Shown one piece after another: positions 27,695 through 41,229 of a DNA stretch of 64,000 bases. The first letter of the stretch is position 1, and each line of letters begins with the position of its first letter. The DNA is from the human T2T-CHM13v2.0 reference genome, Homo sapiens. The position numbers were made by a program, and so were the translations under genes. The notes under the pieces are model-generated. The model saw only the letters and a program-made list of their open reading frames with translations, searched no databases and had not been told where the DNA came from. Location: NCBI RefSeq assembly GCF_009914755.1, contig NC_060947.1; one strand, 5' to 3'.

Positions 27695-28327
27695 CCTTTG
27701 CCCACATTTTAATAGGATTATTGCTTTATTTCTTGTTGATTTGTCTGATTTCCTCATAGATTCCAGATACTAGGCCTTTGCCAGATGCATAGTTTGCAAA
27801 TATTTTATCCCATTCTATGGGTTGTCTACTCTGATTATTTCTTTTGCTGTGCAGAAGCTTTTTAGTTTAATTAGCTCCTATTTATTCATTTTTGTTTTTG
27901 TTGCATTTGCCTTTGGGGTCTTAACCATGAATTATTTGCCTATGTCAATATCTAGAAAAGTTTTTCCCACGTTGACTTCTAGAATTTTTATGGTTTCAGG
28001 TCTTATATTTAAGTCTTTGATCCATCTTGAGCTTATTTTTGTATAAGGTGAGAGATAGGGATCCAGTTCATTCTTCCACATGTGGCTTGCCAGTTTTTCA
28101 TTTAATAAATAGAGTGTCCATTCCCCAATTTACGTTTCTGTATGCATTGTTGGAGGCCAGTTTGCTGTACATATCTGGCTTTGTTTCTGGGTTTTCTATT
28201 CTGTTCCATTAGACTATGTGCCTACTTTTATGAAAGTACCATGCTATTTTGGTAACTATAGTCTTGTAGTATAATTTCAAGTCCAGTAATGTGATGCCTC
28301 CAGATTTGCTTTTCTTGTTTAGGATTG

Positions 28328-29088
28328 TGGTGATAGTTAATATTGAGTGTCAACTTGATTGGACAGAAGGATGCAAATTATTGTTCCTGGGTGTGTCTGT
28401 GAGGGTGTAGCCAAAGGAGATTAACATTTGAGTCAGTGGACTGGAAAAGGCAGACCCACCCTCAATCTAGGTGGGCACAATCTAATCAGCTGCCCCGACG
28501 CCAGAATAAAAGCAGGCAGAAAAATATGAAAAGACTAGACTGATTTAGTCTTCTGGCCTACATCTTTCTCCCGTGCTGGATGCTTCCTGCCCTTGAACAT
28601 CAGACTCCAAGTTCTTCAGGTTTTGAACTCTTAGACTTACACCAGTGGTTTGCCAGGGGCTTTCAGGACTTTGGCCACAGACAGAAGGCTGCACTCTTGG
28701 CTTCCCTCTTTTTGAGGCTTTTGGACTCAGAAGCCAATACTGGCTTCTTTCTTTCCCAGCCTGCAGATGGCCTATTGTGGGACTTTACCTTGTGATTGTG
28801 GGAGTCAATTCTCCTTAATAAACTCCCCTTCATATATATATATATATATATACACATATGTGTGTGTGTGTTTGTGTGTTTGTGTGTATGTGTGTGTGTA
28901 TATATATACACACATACATATACATATATATATATATATGAAAGGGAGTTCTAGACATAGTTCTAGAAGTCCTAGCCAGAGTAATCAAGCAAGAGAAAGA
29001 AAGAAAAGGCATCCAAATTGGAACATATATACATATATATATGTATATCCTATTTGTTCTGTCCCTCTAGAGAGCCCTGACTAATACT
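28328..29088 (+). mobile_element. MLT2A (ERVL) solo LTR with expanded TA/TG microsatellite and a templated insert
   Basis: gatagttaatattgagtgtcaacttgattgg...aataaactcccctt(ca/ta)n...tcctatttgttctgtccctctagagagccctgactaatac. Confidence 0.88.
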
Positions 29089-31286
29089 GCTTGCTTTGGC
29101 TATTCAGACTCTTTTTTGATTCCATATGAATTTTCAGATTGTTTTTCTATTTCTGTGAGAAAAGATATTGGTATTTTGATGGGAATTGCATTGACCCTGC
29201 AGATTGCTTTGGGCAGTGTGGTCGTTTTCACAATATTGATTCTTCCAAACCATGAATATAGGATATGTTTCCATTTGTGTCACCTATGATTTTTTTCAGC
29301 AGTGTTTTGTAGTTCTTCTTGTAGAGACCTTTCACCTCCTTGGTTTAGTATATTCCTAGGTATTTAATATTTTTTGTACCTGTTGTAAATGAGATTGCAT
29401 TCTTGATTTGTTTCTCAGCTTAGTTGGTGGTGGTTTATAGCAGTGCTACTGATTTATGTACATGGATTTGTAACCTGAGACTTTACTGTATTTGTTTATC
29501 AAATTTAGGAGTCTTTTGGAAGAATCTAGGATTTTCTAAGTATACGATCATATAATCTGCAAACAGGGATACTTTGACTCCCTCTTTTCCAATTTGGATG
29601 CCTTTTATTTCTTTCTCTTGCTTGATTACTCTGGCTAGGACTTCTAGAACTATGTTGAATAGTATTGGTGAAAGTGGTTATTTTTTACTTGTTTCTGTTC
29701 TCAGGGGTTTGCTTTCAACGTTTCCCCATTCAATATGTTGTTTTCTGTGACTTTGTCGTATACAGCTTCTATTAGTTTGAGGTAAGTCCCTTATACGCCT
29801 AGTTTGTTTACAGTTTTTACCCTAAATGGATGCTTGATTTTGTTGAATGCTTTCTCTGCATTTTTTGGGATGATCATATCATTTTTGTTTTTAATTTTGT
29901 TTATGTGATGTGTCACATTCCATGTCTTTGCTACTGGGAATAGTGTTGCTATGCACATTCAAGAGCATGTGTCTTTTTGTAGAATGATTTTTCTTTCTTT
30001 TGGGTGTACACTCCGTAATGGGATTGCTGGGTCAAATGATAGCTCTGTTTTAAGTTCTTTGAGAAATATCCAGATTGCTTTCCACAATAGCTGAACTAAT
30101 TTACATTCCTATCAGCAGAGTATAAGTACTCTTTTTTTCCTCCACAGCCTCATCAGCATCTGTTGTTTTTTGACTTTTTAATAATAGTGTTTCTGACTGA
30201 TGTGAGATGCCATTTCATTGTGTTTTTTATTTACATTTCTCTGATAATTAGTGATGCTGAGCATATTTTCATATGTTTGTTTGTCACTTGTATGTCTTCT
30301 TCTGAGAAGTGTTTGTTCATGTCCTTTGCCCATTTTTAAGTGGGGTTATTTGGTTTTTGCATGTTGATTTGTTTAACTTTACTATAGATTCTGGATATTA
30401 TGCCTTTGTCTGATGCATAGTTTGCAAATACTTTCTCCCATTCTGTGAATGTCTGTTTGCTCGGTTTTTGTTTTGTTTTGTTTTATCTGCAGAAGCTCTT
30501 TAGTTTAATTACATTCCATTTGTCTATTTTTGCTTTTGATGCAATCGCTTTTGGGAATGTAGCCATAAATTATTTGCCAAGATCTATGTCAGGAACAGTA
30601 TTTCCTAGGTTGTCTTTGTGAATCTGTATACTTTGAGGCCTTATATTTAAATCTTTAATGTGTTTTGAGTTAATGTTTTGTATGTAGTGAAAGATGGGGT
30701 AAAGCTTAAATCTTCTGCATATGGCTAGCCAGTTATCACAGCATTATTTATTTAATAGGGAGTCCTTTCCTCATTGCTTGTTTTGGTCAGACTTACCGAA
30801 GATCAGGTGGTTGTAGGTGTCTGGCTTTATTTCCGAGTTTTTATTCTGTTCCATTGGTCTATGTGCCTTTTCTTATACCAGTACCAAGCTGTTTTGGTTA
30901 TTGTGGCTTCATAGCATAGTTTGAAATCAGGTTTCTGTGATGTCTTTGGCTTTGTTCTTTTTGCTTAGTTCTAATTGCTTTTGCTATTTAGGCTATTTTT
31001 TGATTCCATATAAACTTTAGAATATTTTTTTTTCTAATTCTCTGAAGAATGCCATTAGAAGTGTGATAAGAATAGCATTAAATCTGTAAATTGCTTTGGG
31101 CAGTATGGCCATTTTTATGATATTGATTCTTCCAATCTATAAGCATATAAGCATGGAATACTTTTCCATTTATTTGTGTCATCTCTGATTTCTTTCAGTG
31201 GTGTTTTTTTACTTCTCTTGTAGAGATCTTTCACCTCTTTGGTTATCTGTATCTCTAGGTATTTTATTTTCTTTGTTACTATTATA

Positions 31287-31376
31287 AGAAATAATGAATA
31301 AGACCTAGTATTTACTGGCACAACAGGGTAAGCATATTCAAAAATAATATAATTGTACATTTTTAAATAACTGAAG
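31287..31376 (+). mobile_element. L1MA 3'UTR fragment of about 90 bp captured inside L1PA ORF2
   Basis: aatgaataagacctagtattt...cacaacagggt...aattgtacatttttaaataact is the same segment type as 8730-8815, in the opposite orientation to its host. Confidence 0.75.
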
Positions 31377-33794
31377 GTTATTTAAATACTAGGTTAGTTA
31401 ATTAAATAACTAAAGGTTATTTATATTACTAAAGGTTATTTGAGATCATGTTCTTGATTACACTCTCAACTTGGATGCTGTTGGCGTACAGAAATGCTGC
31501 TGATTTTTGTTCATTGATTTTGTATTCTGAAAGATTCCTATAGTAATTTATTAATACGAGGAGCCTCTTGGCAGAGTCTTTAGGGTTTTCTAACTATAGA
31601 ATCATATTGTGAGTAAATAAGGGATAATTTGACTATTTTATTTTTCCTATTTGGGTGCCTTTTATTTCTTTGTCTTGCCTAATTACTGTGGCTAGGACTT
31701 CTAGTACTATTCTGAATAGGAGTGGTGGGTTTGGGCATCCTTGTCTTGTTCCAGGAACTACTATGAACAACTCTAGGCACACGTATTAGAAAATCTGGAA
31801 GATATGCAAATTCCTGGAAAAGCACTGTCTCCCAAGATTGAATCAGGAAGAGATCGATACCCTTAATAGACCAATATTAACTTCTGAAATTGAGTCAGTA
31901 ATACATTTAAAAAAACTACCAACCAAAAAAATCTCCCGGACCAGAGGGATTCACAGCCAAATTCTATCAGACATGCAAAGAAGAGCTTATATCAATCCAA
32001 CTGCAACTATTTGAAAAAAATCAAAGAGGAGAGGGCTCTTTCCTAACTCATTATATGAAGCCTGCATCTGTCTGATACCATAACCTGGCAGACAAAATGA
32101 AAAAACAAAATTTAAGACCAAAATACTTGATGAATATAGATGCAAAAATCCTCAACAAAATACTAGCCAACTAATTCCAGCAGCACATCAAAAAGTTAAT
32201 ATACCATGATCAAGTTGGCTTTATTCCTGGGAGGCAAGGTTGGTGCAATGTATCAAAATAAAGAAATGTGATTCACTTCATAAACACACTCAAAAGCAAA
32301 AACCGTACAATCATCTCAATTGCTGTAGAGAATCTTTGATAAAATCCAACATCCCTTTATGATAAAAATGTTCAACAAACTAGGAATGACAGGAACATAC
32401 CTCAAAATACTAAGAGCCTTCTGTGACAAGTCCACAGCTAACATCATGCTGAGTGGGTACAAGCCCTCAAACATTCCCCTTGTTAATTCTTCAGTGAAGT
32501 CCAGAATAATATTCAAAATATAAACGTCCCTGATACCTTATGGTCATTAAAATAATTATTGTCAGATATAGGTTAAGTATGTGAATGACCACTGGAGAAT
32601 ATGCATTTAAAAGATTTATATGTTATAAAAATATTTTAAGTCTCTTGGAATTGTCCCACATTTGTCAGTTTTACATTACATTCCACATTGGAATGACTTA
32701 TTTTAATCAGAATTCGATGGATGAAGCACAGTACTGAGGTATTAAATGTTAATGATATGACTACTCTGTTTTATTGTTTTAGTTGAAAAATGAATTGACT
32801 TAACATAAAATAATTTAATTAAAGTTGTGTAAGATCCCCGATGCATGTTCTTTCTTTATTGCCCTTGCATGACTAAACTGAGCATAGCTCTTACTATATA
32901 TGTTGTATTAATATCTGCTAAATTGATCTAAGATGAGATTTCAGATGATTCATGAAGAAGGGACTGAAAGTTGGAGAGTTCTTGTATCTCCCCATCAAGA
33001 CCCTCAAAGTGAAAATAAAACACAATTCCATGAAGATAATACAGAAACAAATTTTCTGTATGCAAGCTTAGAATTTTAAAAATTGTAGAGAAAACATAAG
33101 CAGGCTGCCCCTTATATTTCTGATAAGTGAAGGATGCTGTGTGCACAACAAACTGTACCGTGGTTTAGTAATTTGAGAGGTATGAATAATATTAATTTTC
33201 AAAGGACAAAAAGTCAGGCTTGACAAAAATAACTTGATTATAGATGGATGTTTAAGATGGAGACTATCTTGCAAAATGCAGCTCATACAGTATAAAGAAT
33301 GCCAAATAAATTTCTTAGTCTGATTGTTTATAACAATTAGCACTGCAGAATGAGAAATGTGCATGTTGCTCCCTTACGTATAAAGGTGAAAAGGTCATTC
33401 AAAGGGTCAAGGTTTTAAACAAAAGTTAAACCACAATCTATGAATTTTAAAAAATCACATTAACTAATGTTCAGTATTCAGTAAATTGTTGAGAAAAGTA
33501 ACTTGGGCACCTCATTCCCATAGAAATCTTCATATCCCTTCCCATTTCCCTAGTAGCCAGCACTCTGCTCCTGAGCATCTCATCCAAACCATTGTTTCTG
33601 GGCCTCCTTGCCTCAGCCCCCGATACCTTTGGGTTCCTTTTTTGATGGCCTCTACCTTCACTTAAGGATACCAATAAGGTTCTAATTCTGCAATTGCAGC
33701 CTGCTTGGACCAGGAAATAAAGCTGCTCAATCTGCTGAAGTAGGGCTGTCAGAGTGCCTCCAAGCACATGCCTGCTTATTTTATTTAATTAAAA

Positions 33795-34040
33795 AAATCT
33801 ACAAATGCAAGCTAAACGTTTGATACACATGGCCATAAAAATGGGAAAAATAGACAATAGGGAATGCAAATGGGAAAAGGTAAGTGTTGAAGAAACTATG
33901 GGGTATTTTGCCCACTACCTGGATGTTGGATTCATTTATACTCCAAACCTCAGCATATATACCTATATATATGCACAACATACCTATGTAACAAATTTAC
34001 ACATGTACCCACAATTGTAAAATAAAAGCTGAGGAAAAGA
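33795..34040 (+). mobile_element. L1PB4-like 3' end
   Basis: agctaaacgtttgatacacatgg...ctccaaacctcagcat...gtaacaaatttacacatgtaccc...aaaataaaagctg. Confidence 0.65.
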
Positions 34041-34244
34041 AAATGACAAGATGATTCTAAATCACACGCAAATGTAAGTAACCTACAATAGAAACAACTT
34101 TGCAAAACAACAAAGTTGTTGGAATAACATAACCTGATTTCAAGTGCTATTATGATTGTGCCACTGGCACTCCAGCCTGGACAACAGACCGAGATATTGT
34201 CTGTAAAAATAAAATTTAAAAAAGAGTCATTATAAAGATAAATT

Positions 34245-36060
34245 AATCAAATATGCTTTATCTGTTATTAATATAGCTACTCTCGTTCTCTTTTGATTTG
34301 TGTTAGCATGGTGCATCTACTACCCTTCTTTTACTTTTAACCAATTTGTGTCTTTTATTTTTAAATTGGGTTTCCTGTAGACAGTATCTAATGGATCTTC
34401 TGTTTTTTATCTGAACTGACAATCCCTGACTTTTATTTGCGGTGTGTAGATCATTTTTATTTAATACATTTATTTATATGGATTGGTTTAAAACTCCCTT
34501 CTTACTATTTGTTTTCTATCTTATTGCTAGTTCTTTATTAAAACTTTCCACTTTTCCTTTTTCCTGTTTATTTTTTTTTATGATTCTGTTTTATGCTGTT
34601 ATTTTGGCTTATCAAATATAATGGTTTGTTTTGTTATTTTCTTGGTTTCTATAAAGTTAAAGTATACTTATTTAACTTATCACAGTCAAATTTCAAGTGA
34701 TATCATATCATTGCAGGTATATTTTTACTTTATAATGGTATTCTTGCACACCTCCTCCTGATATCCATACTATTTTTGTCATATGTTTTACTTTTACTTG
34801 CGTTATAAACCTCATACTACATTGCTATTAGTTTTCTTTAACCTAATATTATCTTTTGAAGAAACCTAAATATTAGGAAAAATGTTGTATATTCACCCAT
34901 GTGGTTACTAATTCCAGTGCTCTTCATTTTTATACATAGATCCATACTTTCCTGTAGTATTATTTTCCTCCTGCACAAAGTCCTCCCTTTCAGTTGTTTT
35001 TTTTTTTTGATATGGATCTGGAGGTGATGAATTCTTTCACACTTTTCATACCTTAAAAAGTGCTTATTTCACTTTCATTTTTGAAAGATATTTTGTCTAG
35101 ATATAGAAGTCTTTGTTGACAGTGCTTTTATTTTAGTACTTTAATAATCTTGCTCCAAAACCTTTATGTTTTTGTCATTTTCAACAAGAAATTTGCCTTT
35201 GTCCTTCCGTTTTCTTCCTTTCTGGATGGAATATTTTGCTTGTTGCTCACTGATTTGAACATATTCTCTTTACTACTAGTTTTGAGCAATGTAATTATTA
35301 TTTGTCATGTAGTTTTCTTCATGTTTTATGTGCTTCGGTTTCATTGAATTTCTTAGAACTGAGGGTTCCTATTTGTAAAGAGCTGAACTTTTATTTCAAA
35401 AATTTTATATTAAATCCTAAATGCCCAGTACCTCAGGACATGACTGTATTTGTTTTTAGAGCCGATAAATGAGGTGACTACATTAAAACTAGGCTGATAG
35501 GGTAGGATTTAATCCAATCTGGCTGAAATTCTTATAAGAAGTGAAAATTTGGATTCACAAAGAGACTGAATGAATGTGTGCACACAGAGGAAAGGCCATA
35601 TGAAAACAGTTAGAAGGTGGTCATCTGGAAGCCAAGGAGACAGACCAGAAAAACCAAGCCTACTAACACTTTCATCTTTAACTTCTAGCCTCTAGAATTT
35701 TCATAAAATAAATCTCTGTTGTTTAAACCACCTAGCCTGTTGTATTTTTATTATTGGCAGACCTAGAAAACTAATAGAATAGTTATAATCAATTTTGGAG
35801 AACTTTCAGTTATTATGTTTTCAAATATTTTTCTTCTGCCCTTATTTATCTCCTTTCTTTCAAGCACTCTAATTACATGTGTATAAGTGAACTTCGTGTT
35901 GTCCTATGGCTCACAGATACTCTATTTTTCAAAACTCACTTTTCTTTTTGTGTTAAATCTTGGATAATTTTTATTGCTATATTTACTAAGTCACTAATCT
36001 TTCTTCTGCAGTGTCTAATCGATTAATTCTATCAGTATGTTTCATCTCACACGTGGTAAT
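34245..36060 (-). mobile_element. Old L1M ORF1/ORF2-start remnants
   Basis: gttattaatatagctactctc; cttcatttttgaaagatatttt-type segment; ttcttctgcagtgtctaatc. Confidence 0.6.
35373..35778 (+). mobile_element. MLT1A/B MaLR solo LTR
   Basis: cagtacctcaggacatgactgtatttg...aagccaaggaga...aaaataaatctctgttgtttaaaccacctag...ctaatag. Confidence 0.75.
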
Positions 36061-36064
36061 TTCT

Positions 36065-38920
36065 TTTATTCATGTTTTAATGAATTTATTTACTTTGCAT
36101 TTGTATATATACATAATATTTTATATATTTATGGGGTACATGTGAGTATTTGTCACATGCATAGATTGTGTAATGATTAAGTCAAGGTATTTGGTGTATA
36201 TATTGCCTTATGTATTTACCATATCTACTGGGAAACTTTCAAGTCTTCTTTTCTAGCTACTTTAAAATATATAATATATTGTTGCTATCTATAGTTGCCC
36301 TACTCTGCTATTAAACATTAGAATTCATTTCTTGTATATAACTGTATGTGTGTGCCCATTAGCCAACCTCTCTTCATGCCTCCCTCCTATTCACACACCC
36401 TTCACTTTTCTCAGTCTCTGGTATCTATTATTTTCTTCTTTTCCTCCATGACATCAACTATTTTAGGTCCCACATATGAGTGAGAACGTGTAGTATTTCA
36501 CTTTCTGTGCCTGGCTCATTTGACTTAACATAATGACATCCAGTTCCATCTATGTTGCTGTAAATGACATGATTTTATTCTTTCTTGTGGACGAATAGTA
36601 TTCTATTGTGCATATATACCACACTTTATTTATTCATCCGTTGATCATCACTTAGGTTGATTCCATATCTTTGCTATTTTGAATAGTGCTGCAATAAACA
36701 TGTAAGTATGAGTATTCCTTTGATATACTAACTTCTCTACCTTTGGATAGATACCTAGTAGTAGGATTGCTGGATCAAAGAGTACTTCTATTTTTAGTTA
36801 TTTGCTTATTTGTTTTTATTCTTTTGTCTTTATTTTTGTTTGACTAGGTTATTTCAAAAGATTTGTCTTCAAATCTGGGATTCTTTCTTCTCCTTGATCT
36901 AGTCTATTGTCAAAACTTTTAAATATATGTTGTATCTTATTCAATGAATTATTTAGTTTTGGAATTTCTGTTTAGATTTTTTTAATTTTTAAGAACTTTT
37001 ATTTTTTTATATAGATTTAGGGAGTACAAGTGCAGATGTTTTACATTCATATACTATGTAGTGGTGAAGTCTGGGCTTTTAATGTTCCCATCACCCAAAC
37101 AGTGAACACTGCACCCAATAGGTAATTTTTCAACCCTCACCACCCATCCAAGGTTCTACTTCTGGTTCTTTTTTTAATGATATCTATTTCTTTGTTAAAT
37201 TTCTTATTCATATTCTAAATTATTTTTCTGATTTCTTCGTATTGTTTTCCAGTCTTCTTTGTACCTCATTTAACTTATTTAAAAACAATATTTTAAATTC
37301 TTTTTATGGGAATTCATAAATTTGTGTTTTACTGGGGTCTGTTGCTGGAGAATTACTGTGCTCTTTTGGAGGTATCATACTTCCTTGCTTTTTCATGTTC
37401 CCTGTGTCCTTACATTGTTATCTGTGCATCTGGCATAACAGCTGCTTCTTCCAGTTTTTTGAGTTTGCATTCATAAGGGAAGATTTTTTTTCCTGAAGAT
37501 ATATCTATTGCATTGATTGGGTAGAACACTTTGGCTTTGATTCTGGGTGCATACAGTAGAGTAGTCTCTGTGTAATTTCTGTGACTCTACATAGCATTAG
37601 TGCTATCTGTGATTTCCTTAGTGGCTGAGGGCATGGTTATTAGTGGTGGCTCTTGTGAAGTATTCCTGGGGACCGAGATGCCAGGCGGGCCTGTCTTGGA
37701 TTCCTGTGGTTGCAGTGGTGGGCTGAATGTGCCTATCTTTAGACCATAGAGAGGGGTACCCTAGCATTGTTGTTAGCAGGTCCAGGCTTGAATCCCATTG
37801 TTCTTGGGCCTCTAAGTGGCTTGCACAGATGCCAGTAGTGGCAGTGGTAGGCTAGGTGAATGGGCAGGTTTTGGGGCCTCTGAGTAACCAACATGTCAGG
37901 GCTGATAGCAGTGGCAATGGTAGAATGACCCTCTGGGTCATAAGCAGCATACACTGGTGTTGGCAGTGACTGCAATAAGCTGGAATGGCAAGTTTCCAGG
38001 CTCGCAGGTGGTGCATCCAGGCAGGTGCCAGCTTTGGCTGTAGCAACAGGATAGGTAGGCCCTACCTCAGGCCTCTAGGAGAAGTGCTCATGTGCCATTG
38101 GTGATGAACTAGGCTGGGAAATTCCCAGGGCCCTGGACTATGTGCTCTGGGATTGGGGGTACGGGTAAAGCTAGATTGGGCAGACTGTCTTCAGGCCACT
38201 GGTGGTATTTTCAGGTGCCTGCTATGGTAGGCAAGGTTCGGGGCAATCCCAAGACTCCTGGCAGAATATGGTAACAGTCACATTATGGCCCTGGCACGTG
38301 GGAGGGTGGGGCCACATTCAGTAGCAGCAACCTAGGCTGGAAGGTAAGGATTATAAGCTTTCCTTTTGCCTCAGTCCTTGTGGCAGCGGCTTGCACCTTG
38401 CTCATGCCTCATCCCCTGCAGTGGTGACCTGAACCTTGCTCATGCCTTAGCCCTATCACTGCTGGGCCCCAGGACCTTGCAATCAGTTGTGAGCTAGGCT
38501 TTCAAAATGGCACCATGTTGTAGTTTCTTAGGACTTGTGGGAGGGAGTGGTAGAGCAGTAGCACTGTGCAATTTCTCAGCAACACCCTATGTTAGTTTCA
38601 AGGCCCATCTGGTTCTAGGGACTCTCCTGTAGTTAAAAAGGCAGGAGCCCATGGTGAAAATGTGAACCACTGAGAAATCTCTTCTTTACCCTTTCTATTC
38701 ATTGGGGAGTTTCTCCTGGATACCAGTCAATTCTGACTAAGCAGGCTACATCACTTTCCTCTCCTTCCTTGCTTTAGGTATTTCCTGTTACTTTTCTGTT
38801 GAATACCAGTTTTCTCTCTTGGGTGATGTATTTGAAGTGTAATTATTTACCCCCTATTTTCTTTTTTCTTAGTGAAGGTGGTGAGTATGAGATGCATCTA
38901 GTCATCCATCTCGAAGCCCC
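36065..38920 (-). mobile_element. L1MA with both termini but a large internal deletion (3' end joined to ORF1/5'UTR at about 36800)
   Basis: L1MA 3'UTR at 36065-36800, ORF1-like segment, GC-richer 5'UTR at 37600-38920 ending atgcatctagtcatccatctcgaagcccc. Confidence 0.65.
36990..37150 (-). mobile_element. Short L1PB-type 3' end
   Basis: gatttagggagtacaagtgcag...gtagtggtgaagtctgggctttt...cccaataggtaattttt. Confidence 0.6.
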
Positions 38921-38924
38921 TTCT

Positions 38925-39063
38925 TTATTTTATATATTTTTAAATTTTTTGAGATGAGATCTCGCTATGTTGTCCAGACTAATCTCAAGCTCCTGGGGTC
39001 AGGCAATCCTTCTGTCTCTGCCTTTCAAGTAGCTGAGACTACAGGCAAGTGCCACCACACCCA
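38925..39063 (-). mobile_element. Alu monomer (FLAM/FRAM-like)
   Basis: gagatgagatctcgctatgttgtccagact...gtagctgagactacaggc, single arm. Confidence 0.7.
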
Positions 39064-39097
39064 CTCACACTATAGTTTCTTTTTGTATCTTTCTAAC

Positions 39098-39590
39098 ATA
39101 AACACACATGCATTTGAATGTTCATCACAGCACTATTCACAGTAGCAAAGACATGGAATCAACCTAGATGTCCATCAATGGTAGATTGGATAAAGAAAAC
39201 GTAGTATATTTATACCATGGAATACTATGAAGCTATAATAAAGAATGAGATCGTGTCCTTTGCAGCAACATGGATGGAGCTGGAGGCCATTATCCTAAGA
39301 GAATTAACGTAGGGACAAAAAACCAAATACAACATGCTCTCACTTATAAGTGGGAGCTAAACATTGAGTACACATGGACACAAAGAAGAAAATAATGGAC
39401 ACTGGGGGCCTATTGGAGGGTGGAGGGTGGGGGGATGAAGAAGATTGAAAAACTACATATCAGGTATTATGCTGACTACCTGGGTGACAAAGTTATCTGT
39501 ACACCAAAACCCCACAACACGCAATTTACCCATGTAACAAACCTGCATGTGTACTCCTTGAACCTAAAATATAAATTGAAAAGAATAGTG
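39098..39590 (+). mobile_element. L1PA15/16-like 3' end
   Basis: gcaaagacatggaatcaacctagatg...tgtcctttgcagcaacatggatggagctgg...gtaacaaacctgcatgtgtac. Confidence 0.85.
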
Positions 39591-41229
39591 AATTGAAATA
39601 TAAATTAGGTCTGTTTAGAAAAAATGTTATGAAAGTTTTAAAATAGCAAAAAAACACTTTCAGCATATTAAATCTAATGTAATGTAATGGTAATAAACCA
39701 TTACCTTGGTTTAAATCAATTTTAATTATGAAGAATATTTTCTTTTGCACATAATTATCTATATACATTATATATGCATGCTTTTCAAAATGAAATCTAT
39801 TGAAACAGCAATATTTTAACAAATTTAAAGTACTTTTCATATTTCTAACTTATTGAAGCTCCTTTAAAGATAGTTAATTAAGAAGTACAGTCTAATTTTT
39901 AAGTATAGTTGTGATATCAACAATACTAAGAAAAAAGCCATCTAAATTCTTAAAGATTGTATTACCTATGAATCTTCACTATGTCTGTAGTGATGTGATT
40001 ATTGCTGAATTGGATGTGACTGAGGAACTTTACCCATTTTTGTTTCTGCACTGGATTATGATGGCCCATTGAGTAAAAGAACTAGTACTGTTTCATTCCT
40101 GCCATTCTTTGGCCTATGGAAAAACTGAGTTTTGTGAAAAGCCAATCATACCAAAGCAATTAAATTTCTATCCACAAGTGACAGCCACATAGACAAATGA
40201 GAATGAGTGATTCCACCTACTTAAATTCTATTCAGCACAATATTTTTATTCAACACCTAGAAAAGTATGTTATAATATATTGGTGTTTAGGGGATAGCTT
40301 ACCTTTAAACAGGCAAATAAGATAGAACAATGACATAGCATCTTTACTGGAATTAAGAGATGGGCTTTTACATGTATTGTTATCACCTGGGTCCCCTCTT
40401 CAGATGCAATCATACCGGAAAGATCCAGGAAATGTATTTTAAGTTGTTACTTTATTTGCTTTTTCTTTGTTTCCGTCTTTAAATATATCCCTTGGTTGGT
40501 CCCATAGGTTGCCAGTACTTAGGCAGAATGTGTACAAACAGCTTCAGCTCCACCACTGAATACAGCTCAGGATCTAGTGGTCCAGTAAGAAGTTAGGACA
40601 CCTATGTGCTTTCCAAACTTCCACTGCCTTTCCAATCCCCTGAATGTTTTAGCTGCCACCTAGTACCTGGGATACAGAGACCATGAGGATTATGCTTAGT
40701 TATTTGTGTGGTTCCTAAACTTCAGCACTTTTATTCCACTCTTATTTTTACCCACTTTATAATGCTACATACCTTCATACTACAATCAATCAATTCTACT
40801 CAGCTACTTACAATTCTACTCCCCTCTTATGCCTTGGGCTTTTTCTTCAGCCAGTCAGGAGGCCCAATTAAACTACCAACTTCTACTAACTCTCCTGAAA
40901 TTAGATTCTGTCCACAGGCCATGGGCCTTTGTCTGAATTACAAATATCTCCCAAAGCTTAGACAGGATTACCCTTTTGGTATGATATCTTGTCCCCAAAG
41001 AACAGAAGTAGCCTGTACAGGGATGAAGAGTAAACATGATCTATGAACACAAGAAGACAGACTTCGTTTTGCCAAGCCAACTCAGATAACAGTAATAGCA
41101 CTGTTATCCACTATTAATAATTACTAAAATGCTACTTAAATAAACCAAGATTTCCTTTAGAAACTGCCGTAGCATAAATGTATGTTAGTCAGCTTTATAA
41201 TATACATTAGCTATTTTCAATAAAAATAA

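Noticed and set aside
31365-31441. Short spaced repeats resembling a CRISPR-like array
   Set aside because: Only three degenerate units of about 15 bp with irregular AT spacers, in human DNA with no cas genes; better explained as a repair scar
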